Shown here in pieces: positions 25,039-39,119 of a stretch of DNA of 64,000 nucleotides. The notes under the pieces are model-generated. The model did no database searches. It had not been told where the DNA came from and saw only the letters and a program-made list of their open reading frames with translations. Every line of letters begins with the position of its first letter. Positions within the stretch are counted from its first letter, which is position 1. The DNA is from Hydrolagus affinis (lineage: Eukaryota). The stretch is taken from NCBI GenBank assembly GCA_012026655.1, contig JAAILG010000290.1, positions 1-64,000 of the forward strand, in the 5' to 3' direction. The translations under genes were made by a program, and so were the position numbers.

Positions 25039-25405
25039 AATAATAATAATCCTCGCTTTTGATATAGTGCCTTATCACACCTTTGAGACATATCGAAATG
25101 CCTTATAGAATATTCTGCAAAGTAAATTGACCATATATTTTGTTGGTGAAACATGGCAGCCAATTGCGCACAGCAGTGTCCCACAGACAGTTGCGGATTG
25201 AGTGACCAATTAATTATTTTTTTAAAGGGAATTATTACCCCTGGAAAAGTGAACCGCTAATCGACTAACAACTGGATTCCTGTTTACTGCTGTAAACACA
25301 GGCGTGGGGAGTAAGGAAACTTGCCCAACAATACACCCTGCTGGAATCAAACCTGAGTCTCTTGTTTGCGAGCCGAGTGGTTTAACCACTGAGGTACAGG
25401 ACTCC
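25039..25405 (-). mobile_element. Full-length long-form tRNA-SINE
   Basis: tRNA head, extra internal block (attacccctggaaaagtgaaccgctaatcgactaacaactggattcc...), core and tail. Confidence 0.88.
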
Positions 25406-28145
25406 ACTGCATTATACTCTCTAAGCGTTCTGAGACTCTAGCTGGCGTTGAGTGCTCTATATTAGTGCAAGTTGTTGTTGTGTACGCATGTGTATGTACA
25501 TATATGTGTGTCTGTATGTGCTTTTATGTAGTCTTCTTATATGTCCATAATTCAACTGCACCAGAATATAAATTCTGCTGAGATATAAGTCCTTCAATCT
25601 TTTGATTTACTTATATCCCGCTGACACATTTTCTTTTTCTTTTTAGTAATAGTAAACCATTCCTACAACCAGAATACATGAATTAAATAAACCACTGATT
25701 AGGGGCTACTGACAACTTTAAAATCCGCTAGAATATGCAGCTGATGCCTCCTCTATCTAAACCATAGGTTTAGCTCAGTTGCATTGCATAGAGTGACTAA
25801 CGGAATAATCCCCAGAGCTACACAAACCATTAACCACTCACTAACAGTGTGTCAGACAGTTATAATTGGAGTGCATCCCTAACAACAAGAAATGGGGATG
25901 GCTTTTGAACCCACAGAGAAATTAGTTTACTTTTGCCTGCAGAATTTTAAGCTGCTTGTGACCACTAGTCACAAACATCGTGCTGTTCATGTGGTTTGCA
26001 GCAACAGTCGGGGAATGAATCATTTACTGCATCCTTTGATTGTCATTCATATTTCACATTATCCTATTTGTTTTATAGGATAATGCCTGGGAAACTCCCT
26101 TTAGTCCTCTACACACAGCTAGTTTCGGATACTGATAAAAACAATCATTTCGTAGATTGAGTAAACAAGAAAAATTGTATAGTATTATCCTTCAAATTAT
26201 AAAATACTGTACTCAGCACAATATAATCTTGACAAGACCTTCATTTATGCGCTGTCAAATTTATGTGTGCAATTAATTGCTATTCAATTGGAAATGAACT
26301 TTGCTTTCTTTTCAGAAGGTTGTCCTATGCTATGAATAGGAAAATGAATTTTGTTGAGAATATTTTACAATTCCCCAAGTGACAGCTACTCTCTCCTGTT
26401 TCAAATACTGTACAGTATCTGACAGTTCTCCGATAGGGAACTCAATAATGCAATTCATTTTATAGTTAAACAATAATAATAATTATAATAATTCTCGCAT
26501 TTGATATACAATTTTATTTTTGAAAAGTGCCATATGATCTTTAACATTCACCTGAACAGAACCTCAAATATCGGCAAATTGAAACTAATACCAAATTAGT
26601 GAAAATTAATATTGCATTTTCATACTCGGTGTATGAGGAAATGTCAAAATGGCAGGAAGCACTGTTATTAGTGTCTGATTTAGCCATACCTGTCACTGAA
26701 GAAGATATCTGAGGTGGGTCTAAAATATGCTTGTATTGCACTGAGATTAACAGTATGTCTTGCTAAACAGCTTGTCTGTGTTTCAACAGAAGAATTGCTC
26801 TGCTCATTGATAGAATGTATCATTGTCCTGCATCTGCAGACTATGTATAAGCACACATCCAAGGTGGAAACCACATGCTGATCACTACAAAAGGGAAAAG
26901 GAGAGTGATTTGTGTGCTGGTATAATCTGTCAAGATCTGCAGCAATAGCATCTGCTTCTCATTGTCTGCTTCAGTAGGGTGCACATTGCAGTCGTTAGCT
27001 ACGAGTGCTGCTGAAGTACTGTACTGGTATACTGTTTCTATTGCTGGTTCAGCAGACCCAGTATTGTACTGTATATCCTTCAGACTTTTTTTTGTAGCTA
27101 TGATTCAGGCTGGAAACATTTCTTTAAGTAAATCAAAGGGAAGAAGGGAAAGTCAGTGTTTATTGAAAGGATTAGATCAAATCGGGTTTGCTGTAAACAA
27201 ACTTATATAATTGATCTACAGTACAAGCACTTAGAGAACTGACATTTCTCATGGACTCCAACTTAACATCGTTGTTTTACAATTTAAAGTTATGTTTAAA
27301 ATTGGGATGTGCTTGCTTTAATGCAGCCTTATTTTGGAAGCTCTTTTTCCGCAGTTGTTACTCACAGAACCAGTAGCTATTTATGCCGCTATCAGCCTTC
27401 AATGCAACACGACAGAAGAGTGAAAATGTTCTTTTAATGAAAAGAAACACTTTAACGACAAAACACTGTACCTTTTTAATGTGATTAAATTAAATGTCTT
27501 CTAGCAAGAGTGAGTAACATAGGGCCTGTTATTGATGCAAAGCTGCTATCGGAATCTGTGATTCTATTTACTGTTAACAAGCTAAAGCCAATACTTAATG
27601 GGCACTGATTAGCAATGCTCACAGAGCAAAATATGTGAATGTGAATAAAACTGACTTAGAGTAAAACACTCAGGTCAACCATTGAGTTAAAAAAAATTCA
27701 ATATGGCAACAGGGAAATGTAGCCGCAGAAGAAAGATCAGAGAAACAAACATAATGACCTGGCAACAGCTACAGAGCAGAAAGAATATTGGCTTTGACAC
27801 AAAACTTGTAGCTGCATTCAGTTCCTTGTGTGGCTGACTTCACAAAGTCACAAGGGTCATTCATTCAGCTGCTGATGCAGAGATAGTTTTTGTTGTTTAT
27901 CACAGCCCACTTTCAGTCTTGGTTAGGTTATGCTTCAAGGAGGTGCCAGCGTGGGGGAAAAATGGGAGGCATGGTGGTGGTGGGGGGTGGCAAGTGGATT
28001 GGGAATACAGTGAGAAAAAGGTGGATATAATTTGTAATAAAGAAATCAAAGCTGAGAAATATTTTTGCAAACTCTATTTCTGATCTTTTTTTTATGTGAA
28101 GAAAGGCCAAGGAATGCAGCACAATTTGTACTACTATAAAGATGC

Positions 28146-28502
28146 TAATAATAATTTTCATTTGGAAAAGTTCCTTTTCACATTGTTGAGACATCTCAAA
28201 GCGCTTCACCGAATACATTGTAAGATGAATTGACTGTATTTTGTGGGAGAACAGCAGCAGCCAATTGTGGCAATGTCCCGCAACATTTGTGGATTGAGTC
28301 ACCCAATTTATTTTGGAGGGATTATTACCCCAGGAAAGTAATCTGCCAATCGGCTAGCAGTAAGTAGGACCAATTGGGTTCCTACATACTGCCAGATAAC
28401 CGAGGCATGTGAAATAAGGAAAGATTTTATCCCGCCCGGGAATCTAACCTGGGTACTCTCGCTTGTGAAGTGAGCGCCCTAACCACTATGCTGTTGGACT
28501 CC
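28146..28502 (-). mobile_element. Full-length long-form tRNA-SINE
   Basis: Same architecture as 25039-25405, more diverged. Confidence 0.82.
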
Positions 28503-30444
28503 AAATGCTAAGAATTTTGAGTGGCCATCATGGACATCCAGTGCACATCATCACTTGATTCCAGTAGGGGTAGTGACGTAGGGTTTTCAGCTGCTGAGTG
28601 TTCTCTTTCAGAGCAGAAGAACTGAGGGAAATCCAAGCACTTCCCAAAGGAAGAGAAAGTCAGAACCAATTCATATTATCTGAACAATGTTGCCCAACTC
28701 CTGGTGGCTTTTCAGAGCAGTATAAAAGTAATGGCTAGGGATAGGAGAAAATAGATAAGGACAGGTTATTGTATCCCTAGTGGTATTGCCAGGGGATGTG
28801 TGAACAAGTGTGCTATGTAACGTCCTGGAATATCTTGGGACAGAGTCCATCAGACAGATTAGTCTAGCATTGAGAATACACAGCATTAAATTAATAGCAT
28901 GTAAATTGTAGCCAAGGAACATTACCCAACAGGCCAAGAGACCTGAACCATAATATAAAGTTTGCTGTATGTTGACCCAATTGAATAAGCAGAATAACTG
29001 TTTGGGAAAAAAAATGTCAAATAATTTAATTAAGAGATTGAATGGTCCAATGGGTTGGAGCAGTCTTTTCACCTCTTGGGTTTTGGATGCAAGCGAGACT
29101 GAAATAATGAAGCTCTCCTATTTCTGGGAACTGTAAGGATTGTAAGTGAAACAAATTTTGACAGCTTCAATCCTGTTCCAAGTGGCTACACAATCCACAG
29201 CACAAAATTGCTTATAGTTAGGGTCTGGAAGGGATGAAATTCCATTTTCCTCTGGAGTTAATGGAATGCCTATTACTTGTGAAAAAAAAATTATATTCAT
29301 GATTTGGTCCATAAAAATTATTTTAATGTAACACATCACATTCTGGCTGTTTATTCAAGCAACTACTGAATATAACAAAGCAGTTGTGAAACCAGTTTAT
29401 TTCACACTGAATTTGCTGGGAAATCTGTCAAAATGGTTTTCCAGTTAAAATGTCATGGATGCAAAGCTTAGTGCAAGTGGCCAGACATTAAAGAAAGAAT
29501 AAATATCAAACACACAAAGATTTTTGTAAAAAACCAAAATACTGTACAAAGATTGATATTCCATTCAAAGAACGGCTGGCACTTATGGAAATTGCTTATG
29601 GAAACTTTTTTAATTAGCATCTACGAGTCTTAGGTTTGAAGTTTCAGTGTACTACAATTCTTTTAGATTTGAATTGTAACTTTTTTTTATACGGGAATTG
29701 TATAATTGTGATTTTTTTTAAAAATTCCTAGCGACTAGAATTGCTTTTTGAAACTGTAGGTTTTAAGGAATGAAATTCCACCGATTTCTAGATTTACTCT
29801 ATTAATGTAACGTTTCAGAGCTTCTTGAATTTGTCAAATTCTGAAATACTGTACAGTCTTTTTCTGCAAGTTTTTTATGGAACTTTCTTACTTGCCAAAA
29901 AAAACTATAGAAAACGGGTTTCATAGTTGAAACCAAATTGAACAATTGGTAAAATTCTGCACACTGTGAAATGATACAATAATAGAGTAATATAAAACCA
30001 GGTGAAATTTCTACTACAAAATGTGTTTGAGCATACCGTATTGTAATGTTGACCTCTATGTTTCAACGCGAGTGGAGTGTTTTGTGCAGTGCAGCTACAA
30101 TGGGGGTGGGGGAAGAGCAAGAGCGCAATAACTGATGTCCCAAGCAGAGGTGGAAATGAAGACTGGGCAGAGATTAACTGAAGTGGATAGCAGTTACCCC
30201 GAGAGGCTGGTTTTTGGTCAGAGGTCACATTTATTAAGACGTAACCGATCAGTAATTTTGAACAAGTTTGAGATTACCACAATATCCATTACTGAACTTT
30301 ATGACCTCTCAGTAATTTAAGATTATGAATAGACTGGTTTTAGACCCAACAATTGTGATCCCACCCAGTCAATGTCTTCAGTTTTCAACAGGACAGAAGT
30401 TTCAATGGTATGATATTAACATATTGCATCTTACAATTTTGCCT

Positions 30445-30660
30445 AGTAATATCTAATAATAAACCCTCAAAAAAATCCATAATAAATTGGTCATTTCAAT
30501 CAACCACTGTTTGTACGACACAGCTATGCGCAATTGGCTGCCGCGTTTCACCCACAATTATACAGTCAATTCACTTTACAGTATATTCTGTGAAGCGCTT
30601 TGAGACGTCTAGAAGATGTGAAAAGCACTATATCAAAATGCAAGGATTATTATTATTATC
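30445..30660 (+). mobile_element. tRNA-SINE 3' two-thirds
   Basis: aattggtcatttcaatc...gcgcaattggctgccgcgtttcacccac...(ATT)n. Confidence 0.88.
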
Positions 30661-32279
30661 ATATCAATGGTTCCACTGTAGTAACATTGCAGTACATTGT
30701 AGTATTCTTAAATATATTTCATCCTAATTAAAATAACAAGTTTAAAAAATGCTTTGTACCCAAACAAGGATAATAGCCCTGGATGCCGCTATCTTGGATC
30801 CCGCCACTATGGAGGTCAATTTCAAGTGTGGAAATTTTGGGGCCTAATTAATGAAGACCTGAAGTTGTAGATTGTACTTTGATTTTCTTTTAAAATTCAG
30901 AATGAGAAGAATTTAAGTATTTTTCTTAAATTAATTTCATTTGGAATCCAATTCTTTCTAATAACTCTTAAGGATTCAATCAGTTCTTAGATGAAGATTA
31001 TTAAGTGGCTTAGTTTCCCAATGCTTTAATACGGCACAGACTCGATGGGTCGAATGGCCTCCTTTTGTGCCGTAAGATTCTATGAATCTATGAATACCAG
31101 GAACTTGCTTAGTTTTTGCTGATATTGAGGTTACTCTTTAGAGTTTGAGATTTAAGAAACTTTGTGGCAAAGTCAAGGGGTAGGTTATTCTCTACCTGTT
31201 TATGTTACATCTGCTCTTGGAATGCTCTAAACTGGCAGTAGGAGCAAATTTGGGGGAAAAAACATATTTTCAACAGGACTTTTTTTTATCTTGGGCCACA
31301 CAGATATTTTCCCTCATTTTAGGTTCAGGTATAAATTCAATTTTTATTGCCAGTTCCTGTCCTTCCTGTCCTGTCACTTTCTTAAACATTGTGATAACAA
31401 AGACATGTTAGCCAGACAGCATTAGTGAGTTGGCATGGCCGTGCATTTGGGAGGATTTTCTAACCTTTAATTGGAGGTTTCTACAAGCTACAGCTGAATC
31501 CTGACAAAGACAGGAATAGTTTGCCAAGTAATGTTATGCTTGGATGAAGATTATGTTTGGATCAACTTTCAAATTAACTTCAGTTAAATTGCCAATTTTT
31601 AAGTCCTTCTGCTGCCAGCCCATTTGTTCGTTCACTCAGTAATTCAATCAGAACAAAAACAATACAACATTCTTCATAAAAACATAGCTGGTACAAAAGT
31701 GTTCAATTTCTTTTAAAACCCTGTTGTTGTCTTCAGGTTAGAGCAGTTCATCAACCATACTTAATGATTTATTATTCTGAGTCCTGAACACCAAATATGT
31801 TGTACACTTAGGTCACAGCTTTGCAACGAATGGTTTGGCTCAGATCTGTTTTAGAGCAATGGGAGTGAATAGAACATTGTTCACTGCATTGGAATCCGAT
31901 GGTTAGACCAGAATTAAGTTTCATTCAGGTCTCACTCACGTGGCATTGACTCAATTTGTTTTTCATCTTCCAAAAGCATTTAAATGAACAAATATGAAAC
32001 AACACTAAAACCCCTGATGACAGCACCAACGTGGAGTGGGGGGGCTCCACTGTGCTGAGTGGGAATTTACACCTATGTGTACTTACAATGGCAAAAATGC
32101 CAGTAAATACCAGTGCTGCCATAGTAATTGTTTGAGTCACACAAGTAGAAGATAGAGGGTAAGCTGTCTTCTGCTCGCAGGATTCAAACTGTGTCAAAGT
32201 CAATATCGCTGCCTGGCTACTGAATGCCACACAAACAGTGAGGCAGGTACATCTGATGGGAGAATGAAACCAAGGGAGT

Positions 32280-32575
32280 CTATATGGATGCAGCCCTGCA
32301 ACTTTACGTTCCCAGGCAAGGTGGGGCATGAAGCAGGCCAAAAACCTCTGAGTGGAGGGAGCAGGAAGGTTGTAAGGGGTGAGGAGGTCACAGAGGTAGG
32401 GGGCAGCAAGACCATGGAGGTCTTTGAAGGTGAGTACCAGGATCTTGAACTATATACCTTGTGTGATGGGAAGTCAATGGAGTCGGGTGAGGATGGGGTT
32501 GATATGGTAATGGAGCCTGGTGCGGGAGAGGACACAGGCTGATCCGCAGCCTATAATGGGAGGAATTAGGTTGAC
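32280..32575 (-). mobile_element. L2 ORF2 fragment
   Basis: tttgaaggtgagtaccaggatcttgaact is the reverse of the FKILVLTFK-coding sequence, as at ~56500. Confidence 0.75.
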
Positions 32576-32584
32576 AAACAGGGA

Positions 32585-32793
32585 GTTTGTGGGCAAAACG
32601 CGGCAGCCAATTACACACACAAGTGTCCCATAAACAGTCGTGGATTGAAATGACCATTTATTATTGTTTTTTTTTAAGGGATTATTATTAGGCATGTGGA
32701 GTAAGGAAACTTACCCAAGCTTTCGCCCTGCCTAGAATCGAACCCAGGTGTCTCACTTGCAAGGCGAGTGTTCTAACCACTGAGCTACAGGGC
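32585..32793 (-). mobile_element. tRNA-SINE 5' two-thirds
   Basis: Reverse tRNA head gaatcgaacccagg...ctaaccactgagctacagg plus core. Confidence 0.88.
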
Positions 32794-33274
32794 ACTAACA
32801 ACAACAAAATTATATTTGTATTGTACATTTGTATCCCTTTCACGTTGGGAGGACGTCCAAAGGCATCAGACAGTCAATGTTTCACTACATAGTTAAGACT
32901 CTGGAACTCATAAACTACTGTATCATGTTTAGTGAAATATTTGCTCATCTCAGATCTAATCTATCTCTATAATTGTTAATTCTATTGCCAAACAAATACT
33001 TCTCCCAATTTTTAAAATCTAGTTAACATAGTATCATCTGTTTTTTGTTGAGAATCAGCTTCACATATCCCCTACCCTGTGCAAGAAAACCACAAGTCTT
33101 TTCATGTGAGTCTTATTAGTATTGAATCCTTGTCTTCATCTATACCTCTCACATTAGCATTTTTTAAAGACAGGATCATGTTGTTCCTTTCCCCTTCAAT
33201 CATCCTTTTTCCAATAAGACAACCCCAGTGCTGTGCCTACCCACAACACAGAGCCTTACTGAAGTCTCTGAACA

Positions 33275-33392
33275 TTATTGAGGGTCATTGATTTGAAACA
33301 TCAACTCACTTCCTACTCTCCACAGATGTTGCCTGACCTGCTGAGTGTTCTGAGCAACTTTTTATTTCAGATTTTCCAGTATTTTGCCTTAT
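33275..33392 (+). mobile_element. Degenerate Penelope pLTR
   Basis: gggtcattgatttgaaacatcaactc...ctccacagatgttgcctgacctgctgagtg. Confidence 0.7.
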
Positions 33393-33817
33393 TGAATCTT
33401 TTTGTTGCTCTTCTCTGACCCCTCTTGAACATTTTGAGGCAGGTGCTCAGAGCTGCACACGGATATCTCAATAAGATCTTGCTAGTGACCAATACATGGT
33501 AAAAATACAATGTTCTCAAAATCTGGTATTTCATTAAATTTGTTGCAGGAGCTCCCTATTGAAATGTATTTTACCCATAATTACTATCAAATGCAGTAAC
33601 TGGTTTTGTAGGCAAATGCAGCAGTATTAAAAAAGATAGGATGGATACATGGTAAACTGCCACAAACAACCCTGAGATAAATAATCAATTCATAACCAGG
33701 ATTATTGTCCTGGAAGAAACATTCCTCTTTTTTATGCCAAGGGATCATGAATGTCCAATTTACCCGGTAGTCAGGACTGTAAAGTTTGTTAATCCAGAAC
33801 ACGGTTTAGATTCATGT

Positions 33818-34116
33818 GGAGTCCTGTAGCTCAGTTGTTAGAGCACTTGCCAGCAAGAGACCTGGGTTCAATTCCAGGCAGGGCAAAACCTTAGGCAAGT
33901 TTCCTTGTTCCACATGCCTAATAATAATCCCTCGAAAAAAAACAATAGTAAATTGTTCATTTCAACAACGACTGTTTTTGGAACAATAAGATGCGGGTTT
34001 CACTGACAAATACGCAGTCAATTCACTTTATGATATATTCTGTGAAGCGCTTTAAGATGTCTAAAAGATGTGATAAGACGCTGTATCAAATGCTAGTATT
34101 ATTATTATTATTATTA
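33818..34116 (+). mobile_element. Full-length tRNA-SINE
   Basis: ggagtcctgtagctcagttgttagagc...gggttcaattcc head and (ATT)n tail. Confidence 0.9.
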
Positions 34117-34383
34117 CTAGTTCCTTTATTTAAACCTTACTCTTCCACAATCTGTCACTTTCCCAGAATCCTTTTATACCTGCTTGCTTCTCATTGTCAA
34201 TGTCCAACTGCCAATTAAGTCATTAAAGTATTATGCAACAAGGATCTCGATTTAACATTTCATCCTAAAGCTGGCATTACAGCACTCCCAAACTATGGCA
34301 ATGCAGCGTCAGTATGGACTGTGCGATCAAGAACCGGTGTATGGTTTGACTACACAACCGTTTGAACTTAGCTGATATAATGA

Positions 34384-34688
34384 TAATAATAATAATGCCT
34401 GCATTTGATATAGCGCTATTCATGTTTCCTAGATGTTTCAAACCGCTTCACAGAATGTACTGTAAAGTGAATTGACTGTATATATATAGGTGAAACGCAG
34501 CTGCCAATTGCGCACAGCTGTGTCCCACAAACGGTCGTGGATTGAAAGTGACCAGTTTATTTTCTTTTGGAGGGATTATTATCAGGCACGTGGAGTAAGG
34601 AAACTTGCCCAAGGTTTCGCCCTACCTGGAATTGAACCCAAGTCTCTCGCTTGTCAGGAAGTGCTCTAACCACTGAGCTACAGGACTC
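34384..34688 (-). mobile_element. Full-length tRNA-SINE
   Basis: Complete reverse copy, tail-to-tail with 33818-34116. Confidence 0.9.
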
Positions 34689-35459
34689 TACAAATGATTG
34701 AAAGTGAATGAAAAATAATTATACTCCAAGCACTGCCTTTATTTCACAAATAGATTTCATTTATAATCTGCTATTGGTGTATTAAACTAGCCTGGTGTAA
34801 AGGCTTATTGCACTGATTATAGGACTAACCCTGACTAAAGTCTAATACCACATTAATCAAAGCCTGGATGAATATCAGACCAGATATCCAAATTACTGAC
34901 TGCGACACCAGCACTTCTGTTAATTCCATGCCCATCTTTTGTTTAATGGTGAATACTGTATTTCATGTGGTAATGCAATTTTTCCTCTGAATGACAGAGG
35001 TGACAAATGGCTTTGAAGGAATGCATAATATAGAACAAGAAAATATAGGGTATGTGCTGGAAAGCAGGTCTTCATGCAGCCAAGTGGCAATGATGAATTG
35101 AGTGATACCATGCCTGACAGCCAGTAAAATAACTATTCATTCACTACAGACCACCTGCAGTAGACTTTATTATATGTAGCAGATTGGAGAAAGCAAGGTA
35201 GAATAAGGAGCATGGAATTTTCTGTGTGCAGGAGTGTAACCACTGGAAACAGACAATGCATTTGGCTGATCGAACCTCAATGATATAAGTCAGCACTTGT
35301 TTATGAAACAAATTGTTTTTTTAAATGATTTTATTGAGTTCAGCCAGACCAGAAACACAGGTGCTTCTCACCACGTTTTATCAAAAAAGCTTACTTTCAA
35401 GAGTCGGATGAAATGGGATGCATCAAGATAGCAGAAAAAGATGACACGGTTTAGTTTAA

Positions 35460-36255
35460 TTTCTAGACAGACACCAAGTAGTATTCCTTTACCCAGAGGG
35501 AAGTTAATGACTGGAACTGGTTGCCGGGAAGGATGGTTGAGATCAGAATGCTGATCTCAATTAGTGCTATAATTGGACAAAGGTCGTGTGGGTATTCTAT
35601 AAGAATAAGATCAAAAGGGCCAAAGGGTCTTCTTCATCCAAACAGATCTTGTGAAATACTCAGCAGAGGATTCAAAAGATTCAATGCATTATTCCAGTAA
35701 TTGCAGTTTATCATCTTGTATTGGTTTGGATTAAGATTTTGAGAACTTGTGATGAATCAATGATAGAAATCTGGAAATCACTGCCCCAAAAATTCATAGA
35801 TGAGAAATTAGTTGAGGGATTTAACAGATAGATACTTGGGGAATAACATTTTTAAGGGAAATGTATGGAAGGTGTAGGATGGTGGGTTTAGCAAGCCATA
35901 CTAGTGGATGAATCTCATTTGGTGCCTTGATCCTAGTTTCCTTTGTTCATATGTATTTGTATCAGTGATATTAGGAAGAAAGTAGAGCTGGTATTCCGAG
36001 AGAACGAAAATAAATGGGCTCAAGGATGTTCTTTATCAAAGCCCCTCTTGTGATCTTTACAAATATTCTAGTACATTCAATAACAATGTTCAATAGGGAA
36101 TTAGATAGGTACTTGAAAGGGAAACATTTGCAGTGATATGGGTAAAGAGCGGGGAAGTGTAACTGATTGGGGGGGTTGCTCTTCCAAAGAGCCGGCACAG
36201 GCCTGACGGGTTGAATAGCCTACTTCTATTGTGTGGTACAGCATGATTCTATGAT
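35460..36255 (+). mobile_element. Cluster of degenerate CR1 3' ends
   Basis: ttcctttacccagagggaagttaatgactggaac (FF.QRVV..WN-like); cacaggcctgacgggttgaatagcct...atgattctatga tail. Confidence 0.6.
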
Positions 36256-36442
36256 ACATAATGCAAAATTATTTTAAAAAAGACAAAAATAGGATCAGTG
36301 CAGGTACTGGGAGAGGGGTTGAAATGCTGCTACATAAACATAGCTGCTGTAAAAGGGGTCTTGCTTGTGGTGGTGCAATTTTTGTTAACATCAAAATACT
36401 AATATAGCGAAATTGTATTTTGTGAGTTTTAACCTTGATCAT

Positions 36443-36748
36443 TGTCAATGGATTTGGCCTAGATACCAGGGTTCATAGATTGGGGCCATATACCTTGTCC
36501 TGAAGCTGGCACATATGGAATCTATCACGTCCAGAGAACATTTTGGGGTCTCAGAGGAGGTAAGCGTTGCATCTGACTCCTTGGGAAGTCATTGTTGACA
36601 TGTAAAATGTGCCCATTGAAATCACCTGCCACTTGAATATTCAGACTGTAAAAGCCTTTGTCGTTCATAAATCTTAGAAAATCTGTGGTCAGAGATCATA
36701 TTGCTGCATGAATAGAATCTATCACCCCTGCACCCAATGGAAGTGAGC
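36443..36748 (-). pseudogene. PIF/Harbinger (HARBI1-like, DDE_Tnp_4) transposase relic
   Basis: Manual translation VIDSIHAAI*SLTTDFLRFMNDKGFYSLNIQVAGDFNGHILHVNNDFPRS, frameshift, NAYLL*...LQDKVYGPNL*TLVSRPNPLT parallels the Harbinger motifs AIDCTH / NRKG.HSLN.Q / PGS.HD / LGD.GY in order and spacing. Confidence 0.8.
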
Positions 36749-39119
36749 AAGTTGGTGCAAGCAAGCTGTCGTCGTTGATGTACCTCACAGCTATTGCGTA
36801 CCCTTGTGTTTTTGGGTACAAGTAGTAGGTCACATATTCAATTGACTTTTTCCTTCCCTGTACGTTAGAGGGGGTGAGTTGCGCAGAAGTTCGGAGTGCA
36901 CTGGGATGCTACCCGGCGTGAAAGGCGCTATATAAATGTAAGTTGTTGTTATAGCTGCTATCAAATCTCCTATCAAACCAATTAATTTTGCCTTCATCAC
37001 ACCGCCATTGATTGGGGTGGGGGAGGAGGGGGTGAGGGTTTAATTTTTGACAGTATGAATGAGAAATATGTGAAAATATATTTAAAATTAGTTACCACCC
37101 ATCCCTGCTGCAACAAAATGTAAATGTTGAAGTTCTGACGTATTTCTATATTGCTCCTGTTTGTCAACCCCATCAATGTACATTTTATGCTGTTCTAAGG
37201 AGCCGTGAAGAAATGTTGTTATGTCCCTCTTAAAATATTGTATTTATTTTATATCTAACAAAAATGTATATAGTTGAAACCCTTTTCTGGGGTTGGGTGC
37301 AACTACCATATCCTGAACAAAATGTGCTAACCCCTCACAGGAATGCTGCTTAACAATCACCAATCCAATTTATTCTCCAAATTATGTGGCACATCTTATT
37401 TATTTCCATTTGTTATGGAATTTCTACCCATATGAATATTGATTATTTTCCTAAAGTATCTGCGATTTTGAGTTCCAGTCTTTAACTCAATACATTTAAA
37501 TGTATTTCCATTGCGGCCGTGCGAAGAATGCCAAGTTTTCCAAGAAGAATATAGTAGCATAACGAAGAGGAACTCTGATACTAGAACCTCCTATCTCCAG
37601 TAAGCAAATGCACACTGATCAGTTCAAATAGAGAGATAGTAGTATTGCTGAGATTCTGTGAGTGCTGTATTGCAGGCTGATACAGCCCATACAGTCATAC
37701 AAGAGCATCCTTTTATAATGAACATTGATTCTATGTAGAACTCCTCATCATTTCTTTATTTTATACCAGAATCCCCCATAAATTAAATATAGTTTCAAGC
37801 AGTTTCCTTGACAGATACATGCATTCATTCATAAGACACTTTTTACTTTTCGTGGCAATATTGATTGATTTTTTAAAATATATAATGTATGATATAATGT
37901 ATAGATGCTACAGAAAAATGTCATAGATTCAAACCGATTATCTCAAATCAAAAAAAGCAACTCTTGTTAGTAACAGCTTACAAAATCATTATAACGCAAT
38001 CATCATTGGCTGTGGCTTCAGATGGAGTGAGATCATACACCTCACACTGCTACACGCTTTCTGAATCTACAACAAATTAAACAGGAACATTGACATTAAA
38101 ATGCATTAAGAGTCCCTTTGTACTGAGAAAGTAATTATCACTGGCAGTCTGCAATGTAAATTTTAAAATTAACTGTGTGAGCTCTCTTTTATTTTGGGGG
38201 GAAAGCTTTCCACACCGTGCATTTTAATATCCTTAGTGAAATATTGCAGTCTTTTCAGAATCTCCTGTGTCATTTTCAAAATAGTTGAATTGATGTGTTG
38301 TGAGTGAAAATAAATGAAAATTTTGACAGTGATGAAGAAATTATGAGTCCGGGCTGGCTGAGAGATCAAGAATTAGTCTCTTTAGAAAAAAAATGATTCA
38401 AGTGTTGAGAATAATGAAAGGGATAGATTAAAAGAGCTGGCATGCCAAAATTCAGCTGTTAGTGGGGGAATTGACAATTTAGCCTTTTTCTGTTGCCGTT
38501 GAAACTCGATCTTCATCTCAGCTTTCTTCCGTGTGTGAAGGGAGGAGAAACAGAAATGCCAATGTGCTTTTATTATGTTGACATTCCCCACAAGCAACGC
38601 CTAGATGGAGTTTGCTATAATCCATTAAAACACATTTTGATAGCAAGTAGAAAGAAAATTACTGAGCTCTTCTGAATAAAGGTATTACCATTAAAGTAAG
38701 TTCTCTTCTTTCCCGACCATCTGAAGCCATGAATGTGAGTTGGCAAAATACTTCCGGATCTCCTACCAGGAAAGATATGTATATACAGAGTTAATTGACA
38801 GATGGGTTACCAGAGTGAGTGATTGAGCCCAGGAAGCCTGACTCATTTAACAAACAGCTTGATGCTGTAGTGGGAATACAGTAGAGTTAATATTCTGGAA
38901 GAATTTCTTCATTTAAACGTTTTTTTGCATTTATATAATCTTTTGGTGGAAGGATGAAGAGTGGTGGTGTCTCTGGAGTGGAATCGCCTAAAAAATACAG
39001 GATCACTATATTTTAGAGAATATCATGTGAAGTGATTTGAGATATCCTCCTGATGTGAAAGGTGCTAAAACAAATGCAAAGATTAAACTTATTATTATTT
39101 ATTGTTGATGGTGACATTG

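Noticed and set aside
32087-32252. Possible minus-strand exon (ttctcccatcag acceptor, GTAAGT donor, hydrophobic open frame)
   Set aside because: Isolated, acceptor adjoins an L2 fragment, no recognisable peptide; compatible with chance.
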